Assembly: GCA_900542145.1 (NCBI GenBank)
Contig: UQMF01000002.1
Span: forward strand, 136,847-200,846
From: an uncultured Oscillospiraceae bacterium
Lineage (GTDB): Bacteria > Bacillota > Clostridia > Oscillospirales > Ruminococcaceae
Reading direction: 5' to 3'
DNA length: 64,000 nt
The notes below the pieces were generated by a model. That model was not told where the DNA came from. It was given only the letters and a program-made list of their open reading frames with translations, and ran no database searches. Below are positions 16,568-25,966 of the stretch, in pieces (the first letter of the stretch is position 1; each line of letters opens with the position of its first letter). Made by a program: the position numbers and the translations under genes.

Positions 16568-17776
16568 ATGAAGAAATGTATTTATGCACTGCTTATGAGC
16601 GCGGCGCTTGCCGCAGGGATTACCGGTTGTTCCGGGGATAACGGCTCCTCCGGGGCGCAGCCGCAGGAATCCGGGAGCGGCTCCTCGGTACCCACCGCGG
16701 AGGCGGAGCAGCCTGAGGAAAAGAAGAACGCGAAAGTCACCATCGAGGGCACGAAGTTCATGGTGGACGGTCAGGAGCTCTGGCTGAACGGCGTGAATAC
16801 TCCCTGGCAGAGCTGGAACGACTTCTGCGGCAACATGGACGAAGCCGCATGGGAATCCACCTTTGCGCTGCTCCAGCAGGATAACATCAATTGCACCCGT
16901 ATCTGGATAAACTGCAACGGGACCAGCGTTGTCAGTCTTACCAGCGACGGCATGGTGGAGGAGGTCAACGAGGACCACTGGACTGACCTGGACAAGCTAT
17001 TCGCCCTGGCGGAAAAGTACGAGGTTTATGTAATGCCCACGCTGCTTTCCTTCGACCACTTCAAGGATAACAACACCGGCAAGCAGAAGTGGCGCGACCT
17101 GGTAATGTCCAGCGCTGGCTGCGATGATTACGCGGAGAAGTACTGCGCGGAGTTCGCGAAGCGCTACAAGGGCTGCGACTGGATAATGGGCGTTGACCTG
17201 ATGAACGAGCCGGACTGGGTATACGAGAACGAGGAGTGTGGTAAGCTTCCCTGGGAGAATCTCACCTATCTGTTCGCAAAGTGCGCCCAGGCTATCCACG
17301 AGAACAGCGACATGCTGGTGACCGTGGGACTTGGAATGCCGAAGTACAACTCCGACAAGTACAACGGCAACATGATCTCTGATGAGCGCCTGAAGGAGGC
17401 CGCTGGCAGCGACCAGGCGTACCTGGATTTCTACAGCCCACATTACTACAGCTGGGAGCGCTCATCCTTCGGATTCCCGTTCACCTCCACCCCGGAGGAA
17501 TACGGACTTGGCACGGACAAGCCCTGCGTGATCGGTGAAACCTCCAACGACGACAAGGCGTACAAGATGACCTGCGAGGAATTCTACCAGTCCGCGTATG
17601 AAAAGGGCTGGAATGGTGTGCTTGTCTGGATGGAATACCGTACAGACGGAAGCAGCGGCTGCGATGAACTCTGGTACAGATACGACCTGACCAAAGCGGC
17701 GACCAACGCAATGAACGAGCTTATTCCCGAGAAGATTCACCCCTGGAACAACGCGGAACAGTCCGAAGCAGCATAA
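16568..17776 (+). CDS. GH5 family glycoside hydrolase (mannanase/cellulase superfamily), secreted lipoprotein
   Basis: Lipoprotein signal LAAGITGC. Catalytic acid motif VDLMNEP and nucleophile region VIGETS, both typical of GH5. Confidence 0.8.
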   Translation: MKKCIYALLMSAALAAGITGCSGDNGSSGAQPQESGSGSSVPTAEAEQPEEKKNAKVTIEGTKFMVDGQELWLNGVNTPWQSWNDFCGNMDEAAWESTFALLQQDNINCTRIWINCNGTSVVSLTSDGMVEEVNEDHWTDLDKLFALAEKYEVYVMPTLLSFDHFKDNNTGKQKWRDLVMSSAGCDDYAEKYCAEFAKRYKGCDWIMGVDLMNEPDWVYENEECGKLPWENLTYLFAKCAQAIHENSDMLVTVGLGMPKYNSDKYNGNMISDERLKEAAGSDQAYLDFYSPHYYSWERSSFGFPFTSTPEEYGLGTDKPCVIGETSNDDKAYKMTCEEFYQSAYEKGWNGVLVWMEYRTDGSSGCDELWYRYDLTKAATNAMNELIPEKIHPWNNAEQSEAA

Positions 17777-17780
17777 GAAA

Positions 17781-17818
17781 AGCCCCTGCACGATAATGCA
17801 GGGGCTCGTTTTATTTGG
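17781..17818. terminator. Bidirectional terminator between GH5 (+) and the histidine kinase (-)
   Basis: Hairpin AGCCCCTGCA-CGATAA-TGCAGGGGCT followed by CGTTTTATTT. Confidence 0.6.
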
Positions 17819-19499
17819 ATTTGGGAAGCGTAAGCGTGAACGTCGTTCCGGTGCTCTCCGTGCTTTTGACGGTGATATTGCCGCCATGCAGCAGCACTCC
17901 GTGTTTGACGATGGAAAGACCCAGACCGGTGCCGCCGATCTTCCTGGAATGGCTCTTGTCCGCCCGGAAGAACCTCTCGAACACCCTGTCAATGCAGTCC
18001 GCCGGAATACCTATTCCGGTATCGGATACCGTGACGGTTATGTCGTGCTCTCCGTCAGCAACATTGATATCCGCCCTGCCGCCCTCGCGGTTGTATTTTA
18101 CGGCGTTGTCCAGCAGGTTGTATACTATTTCCTCCAGAACCGAGCGTATTCCGGTCATTTCCGCGCGTTCGCCGGTCACATTTATTGTGACATGCTTGGA
18201 TTCTGCGGCAGGTTTCAGCCGCTCGGAAGCAAGCTGTGCCAGAGTGAGTATATCCACGGTTTCCTCGTGGTCGGCGAAGGAGTTCTCGTCCAGCTGCGAC
18301 AGCTTGATGATGTCCTCGATTAGGGTAATCATGCGACCTGCCTCGTCCCGGATATTCTTTGCGAATCCTGGTATATCCGCCGTTTTCACGATACCGCCGA
18401 CAAGCATATCGGAAATCCCGTAGATTGTCGTGAGGGGTGTTTTCAGCTCGTGTGAAACATTCGACGTGAATTCCCGGCGGAGTTCCTCGCGGCCCTCTTT
18501 CTCCGTGATGTCCAGGATAATTATTACCGCGCCGGTCACCTTGCCGTCAGTGAACACCGGCGTTGCGATCACCTGGTATATCTTCTCGGAGATAGTCATG
18601 CTGACCTCGCAGCGTTCTCCTGCGAGCGCCTTTTCGACTGCATTGCGGAATCCCTCGCTGCGGTTCAGCACAAGCACGCTGTGGCTGTCGCCGGTGAAAT
18701 CTGAGCCGAGTATATTAAGCGCGGATTTGTTGTAGGAGAGCACCTCCGTCCGGCTGTCGATGATGATGAATCCCTCGCTCATGTTCTCGGTGATGAGCGC
18801 GAATTCCGTGCGGCTGCGCGTGAGTTCCTCGATCTGTTTGTCGATCTCCCTGTTCTGCTCGGTGATACGGTGGAGCAGGGGAGCGATCTCGCCGTAGCTT
18901 TCGTTGATGTCGGGATTCCGCAGGTCAATGCTGTTTATCGGCTTGACAACAGCCCTTGCGACCAGCGCGGCAACTCCCAGGGAAAGCATGGCGGATATCA
19001 GGATAACCAGCAGGACTTCCCACCACATGCCGCCGACTCTCGCGAACACGGTGTCCATCGTGCCGGAAACCCGGACGATGCAGCCGAATCCGATGGTGCG
19101 CGCGCAGTAAACGGTCATTTCTGACAGGGTGTAACTCTCGCGTATTGCGGTGCCAGTACCGGACTGCTTCGCGGCAACGACCTCTTCGCGGTTGAGGTGG
19201 TTCTCCATTTCGGAGATATCCGCTTTGTTGTCATAAAGCACTGTGCCGTCGGCGCCGATATAGGTTATCCTGTTCTCAAAGGTGCTGTGGATATCCGCGC
19301 TGAGCTTTTGCAGGGATTCCACGTCCAGTTCCGGGGTGGTGTTATCCATTGTGGCAGCAAGCAGCATAGCCTGCTGTTCAAGCTGGCTTCTGAAAAGCTG
19401 CTGCTCTTTGTTGTAAGCAATCCCCAGTACCAGCGCCACGGAAGAGATTATTGCGATCAGCGACACCAGAAAAGCGCCGCCGAAAATTCGTTTAGTCAT
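17811..19499 (-). CDS. phoR: Sensor histidine kinase, PhoR-like
   Basis: N-terminal transmembrane segment and sensor region. H-box HELKTPLTTI. C-terminal HATPase region GGTGLGLSIVK. It is the last gene of the pst-phoU-phoP-phoR operon. Confidence 0.85.
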   Translation of the reverse strand: MTKRIFGGAFLVSLIAIISSVALVLGIAYNKEQQLFRSQLEQQAMLLAATMDNTTPELDVESLQKLSADIHSTFENRITYIGADGTVLYDNKADISEMENHLNREEVVAAKQSGTGTAIRESYTLSEMTVYCARTIGFGCIVRVSGTMDTVFARVGGMWWEVLLVILISAMLSLGVAALVARAVVKPINSIDLRNPDINESYGEIAPLLHRITEQNREIDKQIEELTRSRTEFALITENMSEGFIIIDSRTEVLSYNKSALNILGSDFTGDSHSVLVLNRSEGFRNAVEKALAGERCEVSMTISEKIYQVIATPVFTDGKVTGAVIIILDITEKEGREELRREFTSNVSHELKTPLTTIYGISDMLVGGIVKTADIPGFAKNIRDEAGRMITLIEDIIKLSQLDENSFADHEETVDILTLAQLASERLKPAAESKHVTINVTGERAEMTGIRSVLEEIVYNLLDNAVKYNREGGRADINVADGEHDITVTVSDTGIGIPADCIDRVFERFFRADKSHSRKIGGTGLGLSIVKHGVLLHGGNITVKSTESTGTTFTLTLPKSK

Positions 19500-19523
19500 A
19501 GTCTGCCTTTCGTATCAGCTGAT

Positions 19524-20195
19524 TTATTCATCTGCAACTGCCTTATAGCCAATGCCGCGAACCGTTTCTATCATGCTGCCGCAATCCCCGAGCTTCAGGC
19601 GGAGCGTGCGGATATGAACGTCCACGGTGCGGCTCTCGCCGTCGAAGTCGTAGCCCCACACCTTGGAGATGAGCTTTTCCCTGGAGAGTACTGTGCCCAT
19701 GTTGTCCAGAAGCGTGCAGAGCAATTCGAATTCCTTGAACGTCAGCTGGACTTCTTTGCCGTTAACCTGCACAATGTGTTTGGACGTATTGACATACAGC
19801 TTACCGACCGAGTATTCAGTTGTCGCAACGGTGTTGGTGCGGCGCAGGAGCGCTTTGATCCTGGAGATGAGTTCCATCGTGCCGAAGGGCTTTGCGAGGT
19901 AGTCGTCGGCGCCGCTGTCCAGACCTATCACCTTGTCGTATTCCGAGCCCTTGGCGGTGAGCATGATAACCGGCAGCCCGGAGTACTCGGGATTCGCCCG
20001 GATCTTTGACAGCACGGAAAGCCCGTCCTCCTCCGGGAGCATGATGTCCAGCAGGAGCATCGTGGGCTTTTCCTCCCGGAGCGCCTCCCAGAATTCGCTG
20101 GGGCGTTCGAAACCCTTGGCTTCAAGCCCGGTATTGTTCAGCGCGTAAAGTACGAAATTCCTTATATTTGCGTCGTCCTCAAGCATGTAGATCAT
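19524..20195 (-). CDS. phoP: OmpR-family response regulator, PhoP/PhoB-like
   Basis: Receiver domain (MLEDD...LLLDIMLP) and winged-helix output domain (LTFKEFELL...RTVDVHIRTLRLKL). The start was chosen at ATG 20195 (MIYMLEDD). Confidence 0.85.
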   Translation of the reverse strand: MIYMLEDDANIRNFVLYALNNTGLEAKGFERPSEFWEALREEKPTMLLLDIMLPEEDGLSVLSKIRANPEYSGLPVIMLTAKGSEYDKVIGLDSGADDYLAKPFGTMELISRIKALLRRTNTVATTEYSVGKLYVNTSKHIVQVNGKEVQLTFKEFELLCTLLDNMGTVLSREKLISKVWGYDFDGESRTVDVHIRTLRLKLGDCGSMIETVRGIGYKAVADE

Positions 20196-20220
20196 AATAT
20201 AACTCTCTTTCTGTATGTGC

Positions 20221-20859
20221 TCATCGTTCTCCGGTGATGGAGTAGAGCACCCATTCCGCAATATTGGTTGCATGGTCGGCAATACGTTCAAGGTATTTCG
20301 CCGCCATCAGCAGGTCCATAAAGTATTCCGCTTCCTCGGCGTCGCTTCTTACCAGCCTGATAAGCTCCTGCTTGACCTCAAGGAAGAGGGAATCCACCTT
20401 GTCGTCGGCGGAGATAGCCTGCTGTGCGAGCTTGATATCCTTCTTGACGAAGGAATCCACGCTCATCGTCACCATGCTGATCGCCTCGTTTGCCATGTCG
20501 GAGATGTGCACCTTTCCTGTCAGGTCTGTGGAGTGCACAAACCCGGCTATTTCCGCGATATCCTGGGACTGATCGCCGATACGTTCCATGTCGGAGATCA
20601 TCTTCAGCGCAGAGGAAACACAGCGCAGGTCCCGGGCGACAGGCTGCTGATGGAGCAGCAGCTTCATGCAGAGCGCTTCAATGTCATGCTCCATGTGGTC
20701 AGTTTCGACCTCGTTGTCGTTTACTTTTGTGATCATGTCCTCGGTCTTTTCGTTGAAAAGCGCCTTGGTGGCGCAGGCAATGCTTTCCTCGCAGAGCGCG
20801 CCCATCTTGATAAGCTCAACGTTCAGCTGCTCCAGCTGTTCGTCAAATCGGTTTCTCAT
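20221..20859 (-). CDS. phoU: Phosphate signalling complex protein PhoU
   Basis: Two PhoU repeats with conserved ERIGD and ERIADHATNIAE motifs. Start at ATG 20859 with a GGAGGG ribosome-binding site. Confidence 0.9.
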   Translation of the reverse strand: MRNRFDEQLEQLNVELIKMGALCEESIACATKALFNEKTEDMITKVNDNEVETDHMEHDIEALCMKLLLHQQPVARDLRCVSSALKMISDMERIGDQSQDIAEIAGFVHSTDLTGKVHISDMANEAISMVTMSVDSFVKKDIKLAQQAISADDKVDSLFLEVKQELIRLVRSDAEEAEYFMDLLMAAKYLERIADHATNIAEWVLYSITGER

Positions 20860-20874
20860 AATATTACCCTCCAA

Positions 20875-21621
20875 TTATCCGAAGCGTCCGGTTATGTAGT
20901 CCTCAGTGCGCTGGTCCTGCGGATTCGAGAATATCTGGTCGGTGTCGGCGTATTCCACCACTTCGCCCAGCAGGAAGAACGCCGTTTTGTCGGATATTCT
21001 GGCTGCCTGCTGCATGTTATGAGTAACCATAACTATAGTATACTCCTTTTTCAGCTCAATTGCAAGGTCTTCTATCTTGGAAGTTGATATCGGGTCCAGT
21101 GCGGAGGTCGGTTCGTCCATAAGCAGGACTTCCGGATCCACGGCGAGCGCTCTTGCAATGCAGAGTCGCTGCTGCTGACCGCCGGAAAGCCCCAGGGCGG
21201 ATTTCTTGAGCCTGTCCTTGAGTTCGTCCCATATTGCGGCGTCACGCAGGGATTTCTCCACGATATCGTCCAGCTTTACCTTGGAGTGAATCCCATGGGT
21301 GCGCGGACCGAATGCGATGTTGTCATATACACTCATCGGGAATGGATTCGGCTTCTGGAATACCATACCGACGCGCTTGCGCAGCAGGTTGACGTCCATC
21401 TTGCCGTAGATATCCTCGCCGTCCAAAAGAAATTCGCCAGTGATGCGGCAGCCCTCCACCAGGTCGTTCATACGGTTGAGGGACTTCAGCAGCGTGGATT
21501 TTCCGCAGCCGGAGGGTCCGATAAAAGCAGTTATCTTGTTCTCGGGTATTTCGAGGTTTATTCCCTTGAGCGCCTTGAAGTCGCCGTAGTACAGCTCGGC
21601 GTTTCTTATGTCGAATTTCAT
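20875..21621 (-). CDS. pstB: Phosphate ABC transporter ATP-binding protein
   Basis: Walker [10 protein letters not shown], signature LSGGQQQRL and Walker [12 protein letters not shown]. Confidence 0.95.
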   Translation of the reverse strand: MKFDIRNAELYYGDFKALKGINLEIPENKITAFIGPSGCGKSTLLKSLNRMNDLVEGCRITGEFLLDGEDIYGKMDVNLLRKRVGMVFQKPNPFPMSVYDNIAFGPRTHGIHSKVKLDDIVEKSLRDAAIWDELKDRLKKSALGLSGGQQQRLCIARALAVDPEVLLMDEPTSALDPISTSKIEDLAIELKKEYTIVMVTHNMQQAARISDKTAFFLLGEVVEYADTDQIFSNPQDQRTEDYITGRFG

Positions 21622-21625
21622 GGTT

Positions 21626-22561
21626 TTATCCTTTCTTCTTTGCGATATGACGCTCTATGAGGTCGGAAATGAGGTTGATGATGAATGTGAGCGCCAGCAG
21701 TACTACTGCGGAGGCGAAAGCCTCGTTGACATGCAGTCCCTCGTTGGAGAGAATATACATATGCACGGTGAGGGTCGCGGCGGAGCTTCCGGAGCCTGCG
21801 AGCGCGCCCGGAATGCTGTGTCCGGAACCTGAGGTGAATATCAGCGCCGCAGATTCGCCCACGATACGTCCGATGGCGAGAATAACGCCGGACATGATAC
21901 CAGGCACTGCAGTCGGGAGTATTACGCGGAACACGGTGCGCATTTTGCCTGCGCCCAGTCCGAAGCTGCCCTCGCGGTAGCTGTCGGGGACTGCCAGGAG
22001 CGCCTCCTCGGTGGTGCGGATTATCAGCGGCAGGATCATCATTGCCAGCGTGACAACGCCTGCCAGCATGGAGAATCCCCAGCCGAGGGAGAGGTTGAAC
22101 ATCAGATAGCCGAACAAACCGAATACGATGGACGGAATACCGGAAAGAGTTTCGGTGGTCACGCGGATTACCTTCACAAGCTTGTTGCCGCGCTTGGCGT
22201 ATTCAACGAGGTAGACCGCCGCGAATACTCCTATCGGAACTGCGATGACGAGGGTCATTGCGGTCATGATGAGGGTATTTATGATAGCCGGCATCATGCT
22301 GACGTTTTCGGTGGTGTAATTCCAGTCGAACTGCTCCGCGGTGAGGTGCGGAACGCCGTTTATAAGAATGTAGGAGATGATGAATATGAGCATTCCCACC
22401 GAGAAAATCGCCGCCAGCATGACAAGTATCATGAGTATCAGCGAAATAGGGCTTCTGGTGTACTGCTTCAGCCGCGCACCGAATGTAACACGGTTTATGT
22501 AGTTCTCGGGCGCAGAGGTTGTTTTACCACTTTTCATGGCTGCTGTCGGAACGTCGGTCAT
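21626..22561 (-). CDS. pstA: Phosphate ABC transporter permease PstA
   Basis: Multi-span permease with the ABC transmembrane EAA-like loop. Its position between pstC and pstB fits. Confidence 0.9.
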   Translation of the reverse strand: MTDVPTAAMKSGKTTSAPENYINRVTFGARLKQYTRSPISLILMILVMLAAIFSVGMLIFIISYILINGVPHLTAEQFDWNYTTENVSMMPAIINTLIMTAMTLVIAVPIGVFAAVYLVEYAKRGNKLVKVIRVTTETLSGIPSIVFGLFGYLMFNLSLGWGFSMLAGVVTLAMMILPLIIRTTEEALLAVPDSYREGSFGLGAGKMRTVFRVILPTAVPGIMSGVILAIGRIVGESAALIFTSGSGHSIPGALAGSGSSAATLTVHMYILSNEGLHVNEAFASAVVLLALTFIINLISDLIERHIAKKKG

Positions 22562-23415
22562 CAGTCTTTCCTCCTTTTAAGAGCAGAGAAGCAGAGGTTG
22601 ATTATAAGAATGAACACAAATAGTACAACGCCGGTCGCAATGAGAGCTTCGCGGTGAAGTCCGCCGGCGTAGCCCATTTCGATCACGATGTTGGAGGTCA
22701 TCGTGCGGATACCGGATGTGATGCTCTTAGGAAGTATCGTCTGATTGCCCGCCACGAGGATAACCGCCATGGTTTCACCGATAGCACGTCCCACGCCGAG
22801 GATTATTGCCGCCAGGATACCGGATTTCGCTGCCGGCAGGGAAGCGAAGAACACGCTGCGTTCATGGGTCGCGCCGAGCGCCAGTGCACCTTCGTAGTAG
22901 CTCCTGGGAACGGCGTTCAGCGAGGATTCCGTGGTTTTGATGACTGTGGGGAGTATCATGATACCTAACAGAATACCTGCCGTCAGCAGCGATTTTCCGG
23001 AGCCGCCCACCAGATCCTTCATTATCGGCACGATAACCACCAGACCAAAGAATCCGTATACGATGGAGGGGATTCCAGCAAGAAGATTGATTGCGGGCTT
23101 TACGAAGCGGTACAGCTTCTTGGGGCAGTAATGCGACATGAATACAGCGCACAGGATCCCGATAGGCACGCCGATGATCACTGCAATACCAGTGACGAGT
23201 ATTGAGCCGATGATCATCGGGAATATCCCATAGTAGCCGCTGGAGGGCTTCCATTTGGTTCCGAAAAGAAAGTCTGTGAAGCCAATTTCTGCCATGGCCG
23301 GGACGCCGCTTGCAAACAGGTAAACGCAGATCAGAACTACTGCGAGTATCGAAACGCATGCACATATCAGGAACAGGGCGTGCATAACGCCTTCTTTGAC
23401 TTTTTGCATAGTCAC
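22561..23415 (-). CDS. pstC: Phosphate ABC transporter permease PstC
   Basis: Multi-span permease with a 1-nt overlap with pstA. Confidence 0.9.
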   Translation of the reverse strand: MTMQKVKEGVMHALFLICACVSILAVVLICVYLFASGVPAMAEIGFTDFLFGTKWKPSSGYYGIFPMIIGSILVTGIAVIIGVPIGILCAVFMSHYCPKKLYRFVKPAINLLAGIPSIVYGFFGLVVIVPIMKDLVGGSGKSLLTAGILLGIMILPTVIKTTESSLNAVPRSYYEGALALGATHERSVFFASLPAAKSGILAAIILGVGRAIGETMAVILVAGNQTILPKSITSGIRTMTSNIVIEMGYAGGLHREALIATGVVLFVFILIINLCFSALKRRKD

Positions 23416-23465
23416 ACCTCATTTGATTTCCAGTAAATAACTTTACATTTCATATCTCATAAAAA

Positions 23466-23512
23466 TGCGCTGCACTGCAGCTGTACAGCCGCTGCGCAGC
23501 GCCAAAAGGGAA
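23466..23512 (-). promoter_or_regulatory. Intra-operon GC-rich stem-loop between pstS and pstC, candidate partial terminator
   Basis: GCGCTGCACTGCAGCTGTACAGCCGCTGCGCAGCGC forms an extended imperfect hairpin. On the - strand it is followed by ATTTTTATG. Confidence 0.4.
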
Positions 23513-23547
23513 GGGAGAAACCAGTTTCAGAAAAGAATTTCTGATTA

Positions 23548-24513
23548 TCAGTCAGCGAGTTCGCTCCAGTTGTTGATCTCGCCGGTGTAGATCTTCATGA
23601 TCTCGTCGGAAGTGATATTCTCAATGGGGTTGTCGAGGTTTACGATAACTGCGATACCATCGTCAGCGATCTTCATCTCGGTCAGACCAGCGTCGAGCTC
23701 TTCCTGCTTGAGTTCACGGGAGGACATTCCGATGTCGCAGGATCCCTCGGTAGCGGAGGTGATACCAGCGCCGGAACCGGTCTGCTGAATGTCTATGGAT
23801 ACATCTGGGTTAAGAGCCTTGTAAGCTTCGCAGAGCTTCTCCATTACGGGACCTACGGATGTGGAGCCGTTCAGGGAGATCGCACCGGAAACTCCGCTTG
23901 CGGTGTATGCGCCGGTGGATTCGATGGAGATATAACCGTTGTCTGCGATGATCTTCTGTCCGTCGTCGGATTCAATGAAGGCGATAAGATCCTTTGCAGC
24001 TGCATTGCTGTCGAGCTTTGCCTGCTGATAGCATACATTGAAAGGTCTTGCAACAACGTAGGTGCCGTTCTTGATGTCGTCAACTGAGCACTCAACGCCG
24101 TTAACGTCCAGAGCCTTTACGGTGTCGTTGAGGGAACCAAGGGATATGTAGCCAATAGCGTCAACGTTGCCTGCAACACTCATCATTACGCTGTTAGTAG
24201 AGTTGGAGATTTCTGCGTCGCCGCGCGTCATGTCTTCCTTCTCGCCTGCTTCGTTCTTCTGCTCAATGCCCATCAGTTCTACGAATGCGCCGCGAGTGCC
24301 GGAGCCGTCCTCACGGGAAACCACTGTGATGTCGGTATCCAGTTTGGTCTTGGTGCTGCCATTGTCTGCGGAGTTATCCTGTGCCACGGAGCTGTTGTCC
24401 TGTGCTACGGAGGAATCGCTGGAGGTGCTGTTTGTATTACCGCTGCAACCTGCGAGTGCTGCTATTGTGAGAAGCGCCGCGGTGCTGAGAGTAAGCTTTC
24501 TTGTGATTTTCAT
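23548..24513 (-). CDS. pstS: Phosphate-binding lipoprotein PstS
   Basis: Lipoprotein signal LAGCSGN. Short tandem repeat SSVAQDN x2 in the linker. The periplasmic binding domain contains the SGAG motif. Confidence 0.9.
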   Translation of the reverse strand: MKITRKLTLSTAALLTIAALAGCSGNTNSTSSDSSVAQDNSSVAQDNSADNGSTKTKLDTDITVVSREDGSGTRGAFVELMGIEQKNEAGEKEDMTRGDAEISNSTNSVMMSVAGNVDAIGYISLGSLNDTVKALDVNGVECSVDDIKNGTYVVARPFNVCYQQAKLDSNAAAKDLIAFIESDDGQKIIADNGYISIESTGAYTASGVSGAISLNGSTSVGPVMEKLCEAYKALNPDVSIDIQQTGSGAGITSATEGSCDIGMSSRELKQEELDAGLTEMKIADDGIAVIVNLDNPIENITSDEIMKIYTGEINNWSELAD

Positions 24514-24589
24514 AGTTGTTGTTCTCCTTTAATATCTGCGGCTTGTGCCGCCTGTTGTTCTGTACAAGTCCTTTTTCCTTGTTACAAGT

Positions 24590-24665
24590 TAATTATAGCA
24601 GGTGAATGTAAAATCCAAAAGCAGTTCAATGTTAAATCTTCGTAAATTGATTTTACATTTCTCCG
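24590..24665 (-). promoter_or_regulatory. Candidate PhoP-activated pstS promoter with Pho-box-like direct repeats
   Basis: On the - strand, TTTACG-N5-TTAACA-N17-TTTACA-N9-TATAAT, with no recognisable -35. This arrangement is typical of Pho-box-dependent promoters in Firmicutes. Confidence 0.4.
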
Positions 24666-24687
24666 GCATCTTATTATAATGCATAAA

Positions 24688-24714
24688 GAAAAAAGGCGCT
24701 CTGTTTAAAGCGCC
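24688..24714 (-). terminator. Rho-independent terminator of the rubrerythrin gene
   Basis: Hairpin GGCGCTCTG-TTTAAA-GCGCC. On the - strand it is followed by TTTTTTC. Confidence 0.6.
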
Positions 24715-24725
24715 TGGGTTGATGT

Positions 24726-25259
24726 TCAGTAATTTTCCGGCTTCTGCTGAAAATAGGATTTCGGATAGCCGCAGACGGGGCACTGCTCCGGAGCTTTTTT
24801 TCCGAAATGCAGATGACCGCAGTTCCGGCACTGCCACATGATCTCCTCGGTCTTTTCGAATATCTGCTGCATTTCCACGGTATTCAGCAGCCGCAGGAAT
24901 CTCTCCTCGTGCGATTTTTCCACCGCCGCCACCTTCCGGAATTTTTGGGCGATTTCCCTGAATCCTTCCTCGTCGGCGACCTTCGCGAATTCCTCGTACA
25001 TTTCCGTCCATTCAAAGTTCTCGCCGGAGCGCGCGTTTTCAAGATTCTGCGCCGTGTTGGAAAGCGCCCCAAGTTCCTGGAACCACATGAATGCATGAGC
25101 CTGTTCGTTCGCTGAAGTTTCCCGGAATATCCCGGCGATTTGTTCAAATCCCTCGTTGGAGGCTGCTTTCGCAAAGTAGTCGTACTTGCTGCGTGCCTGG
25201 GTTTCTCCGGCAAATGCTGAGCGCAGATTGGCCTCTGTACGTGTTCCTCTGATATCCAT
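24726..25259 (-). CDS. rbr: Rubrerythrin
   Basis: Ferritin-like diiron motifs (EEARH-like ...E..H...). C-terminal rubredoxin-like CRNCGH...CPVCG. Confidence 0.9.
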   Translation of the reverse strand: MDIRGTRTEANLRSAFAGETQARSKYDYFAKAASNEGFEQIAGIFRETSANEQAHAFMWFQELGALSNTAQNLENARSGENFEWTEMYEEFAKVADEEGFREIAQKFRKVAAVEKSHEERFLRLLNTVEMQQIFEKTEEIMWQCRNCGHLHFGKKAPEQCPVCGYPKSYFQQKPENY

Positions 25260-25331
25260 TGATGATCTCCTTTCACATGTATGTGGAATGTAGTTTCCCC
25301 GGAAGATGGCAGATTATACAAACGAATATCA

Positions 25332-25359
25332 AAATAAACACGCAATAATATGTTTATTT
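25332..25359. promoter_or_regulatory. Inverted repeat AAATAAAC-N12-GTTTATTT upstream of rubrerythrin, candidate repressor operator
   Basis: 8-bp perfect arms, about 75 bp upstream of the rbr start and within an AT-rich promoter region. Confidence 0.3.
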
Positions 25360-25395
25360 TATACAAAACGCACAAAGAAAAATTGGTCAAATCGC

Positions 25396-25424
25396 TTGAC
25401 AAAAAATAGATAAAGTGATAAAAT
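25396..25424 (+). promoter_or_regulatory. Consensus sigma-A promoter TTGACA-17-TAAAAT with an extended -10 TGn
   Basis: Hexamers at 25396-25401 and 25419-25424, with TGa immediately upstream of the -10. Confidence 0.6.
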
Positions 25425-25488
25425 ACAAAATGTAAACAGAGATCGGTTTAATAAGCCGACCAATACGAACAAAAGAGGTAATTTTATC

Positions 25489-25824
25489 ATGAAGATTTCT
25501 AAGATCGTTCTTTCTGCTGCTATCGCTGCTACAATGGCTGTAGCTACTGCTGCTGTTGCTTCTGCAACTGACGAGGTTGCTGCTACTGCTGAGGCTGTTG
25601 CTACCGCTGAGGCTACCGATACCGAGGCTACTGTTGAGGTTGCTACTGCTGACGCTGACACCGCTGAGGCTGCTACCGCTGAGGACACCACCGTTGAGGT
25701 TGTTGCAGCTCCCTCTGAGGACAAGGGTTCTCCTGACACTGGCGTAGCTGGCGTTGCTGCTGCTGCAGGCGCTGCTGTACTCGCTGGCGCTGTTCTGGTA
25801 GTTTCCAAGAAGTCCAGAAAGTAA
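25489..25824 (+). CDS. Small Ala/Thr/Glu-rich surface protein with an (S/P)PXTG-type sorting signal
   Basis: 111 aa. N-terminal signal peptide, then an acidic low-complexity Ala/Thr/Glu repeat region. C-terminal SPDTG followed by a hydrophobic stretch (VAGVAAAAGAAVLAGAVLVV) and a basic tail KKSRK. Together these form a cell-wall sorting signal. Confidence 0.75.
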   Translation: MKISKIVLSAAIAATMAVATAAVASATDEVAATAEAVATAEATDTEATVEVATADADTAEAATAEDTTVEVVAAPSEDKGSPDTGVAGVAAAAGAAVLAGAVLVVSKKSRK

Positions 25825-25930
25825 TCTGAATACAACGCACTGAATATTCCCGGATCAACGGGTGAATAAGTGCAGATCAGCCCGATGTCTGTTCGCAGAT
25901 GTCGGGCTGATTCTATATTCCGGCGCGCAG

Positions 25931-25966
25931 AAACGGGGCTGTGGAATTTCCGCAGCCCCGTTTTTT
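25931..25966 (+). terminator. Rho-independent terminator, preceded by a second hairpin at 25877-25908
   Basis: Hairpin AACGGGGCTG-TGGAATTTCCG-CAGCCCCGTT followed by TTTTTTATT. Confidence 0.65.

Noticed and set aside
25556-25858. Leu/Arg-rich ORFs on both strands inside the Ala/Thr/Glu-repeat gene, and the possibility of a CRISPR-like repeat array
   Set aside because: The repetition is codon-level (GCT/ACT/GAG) low complexity within one coding frame that has a signal peptide and sorting signal. There are no regular spacer-repeat units.
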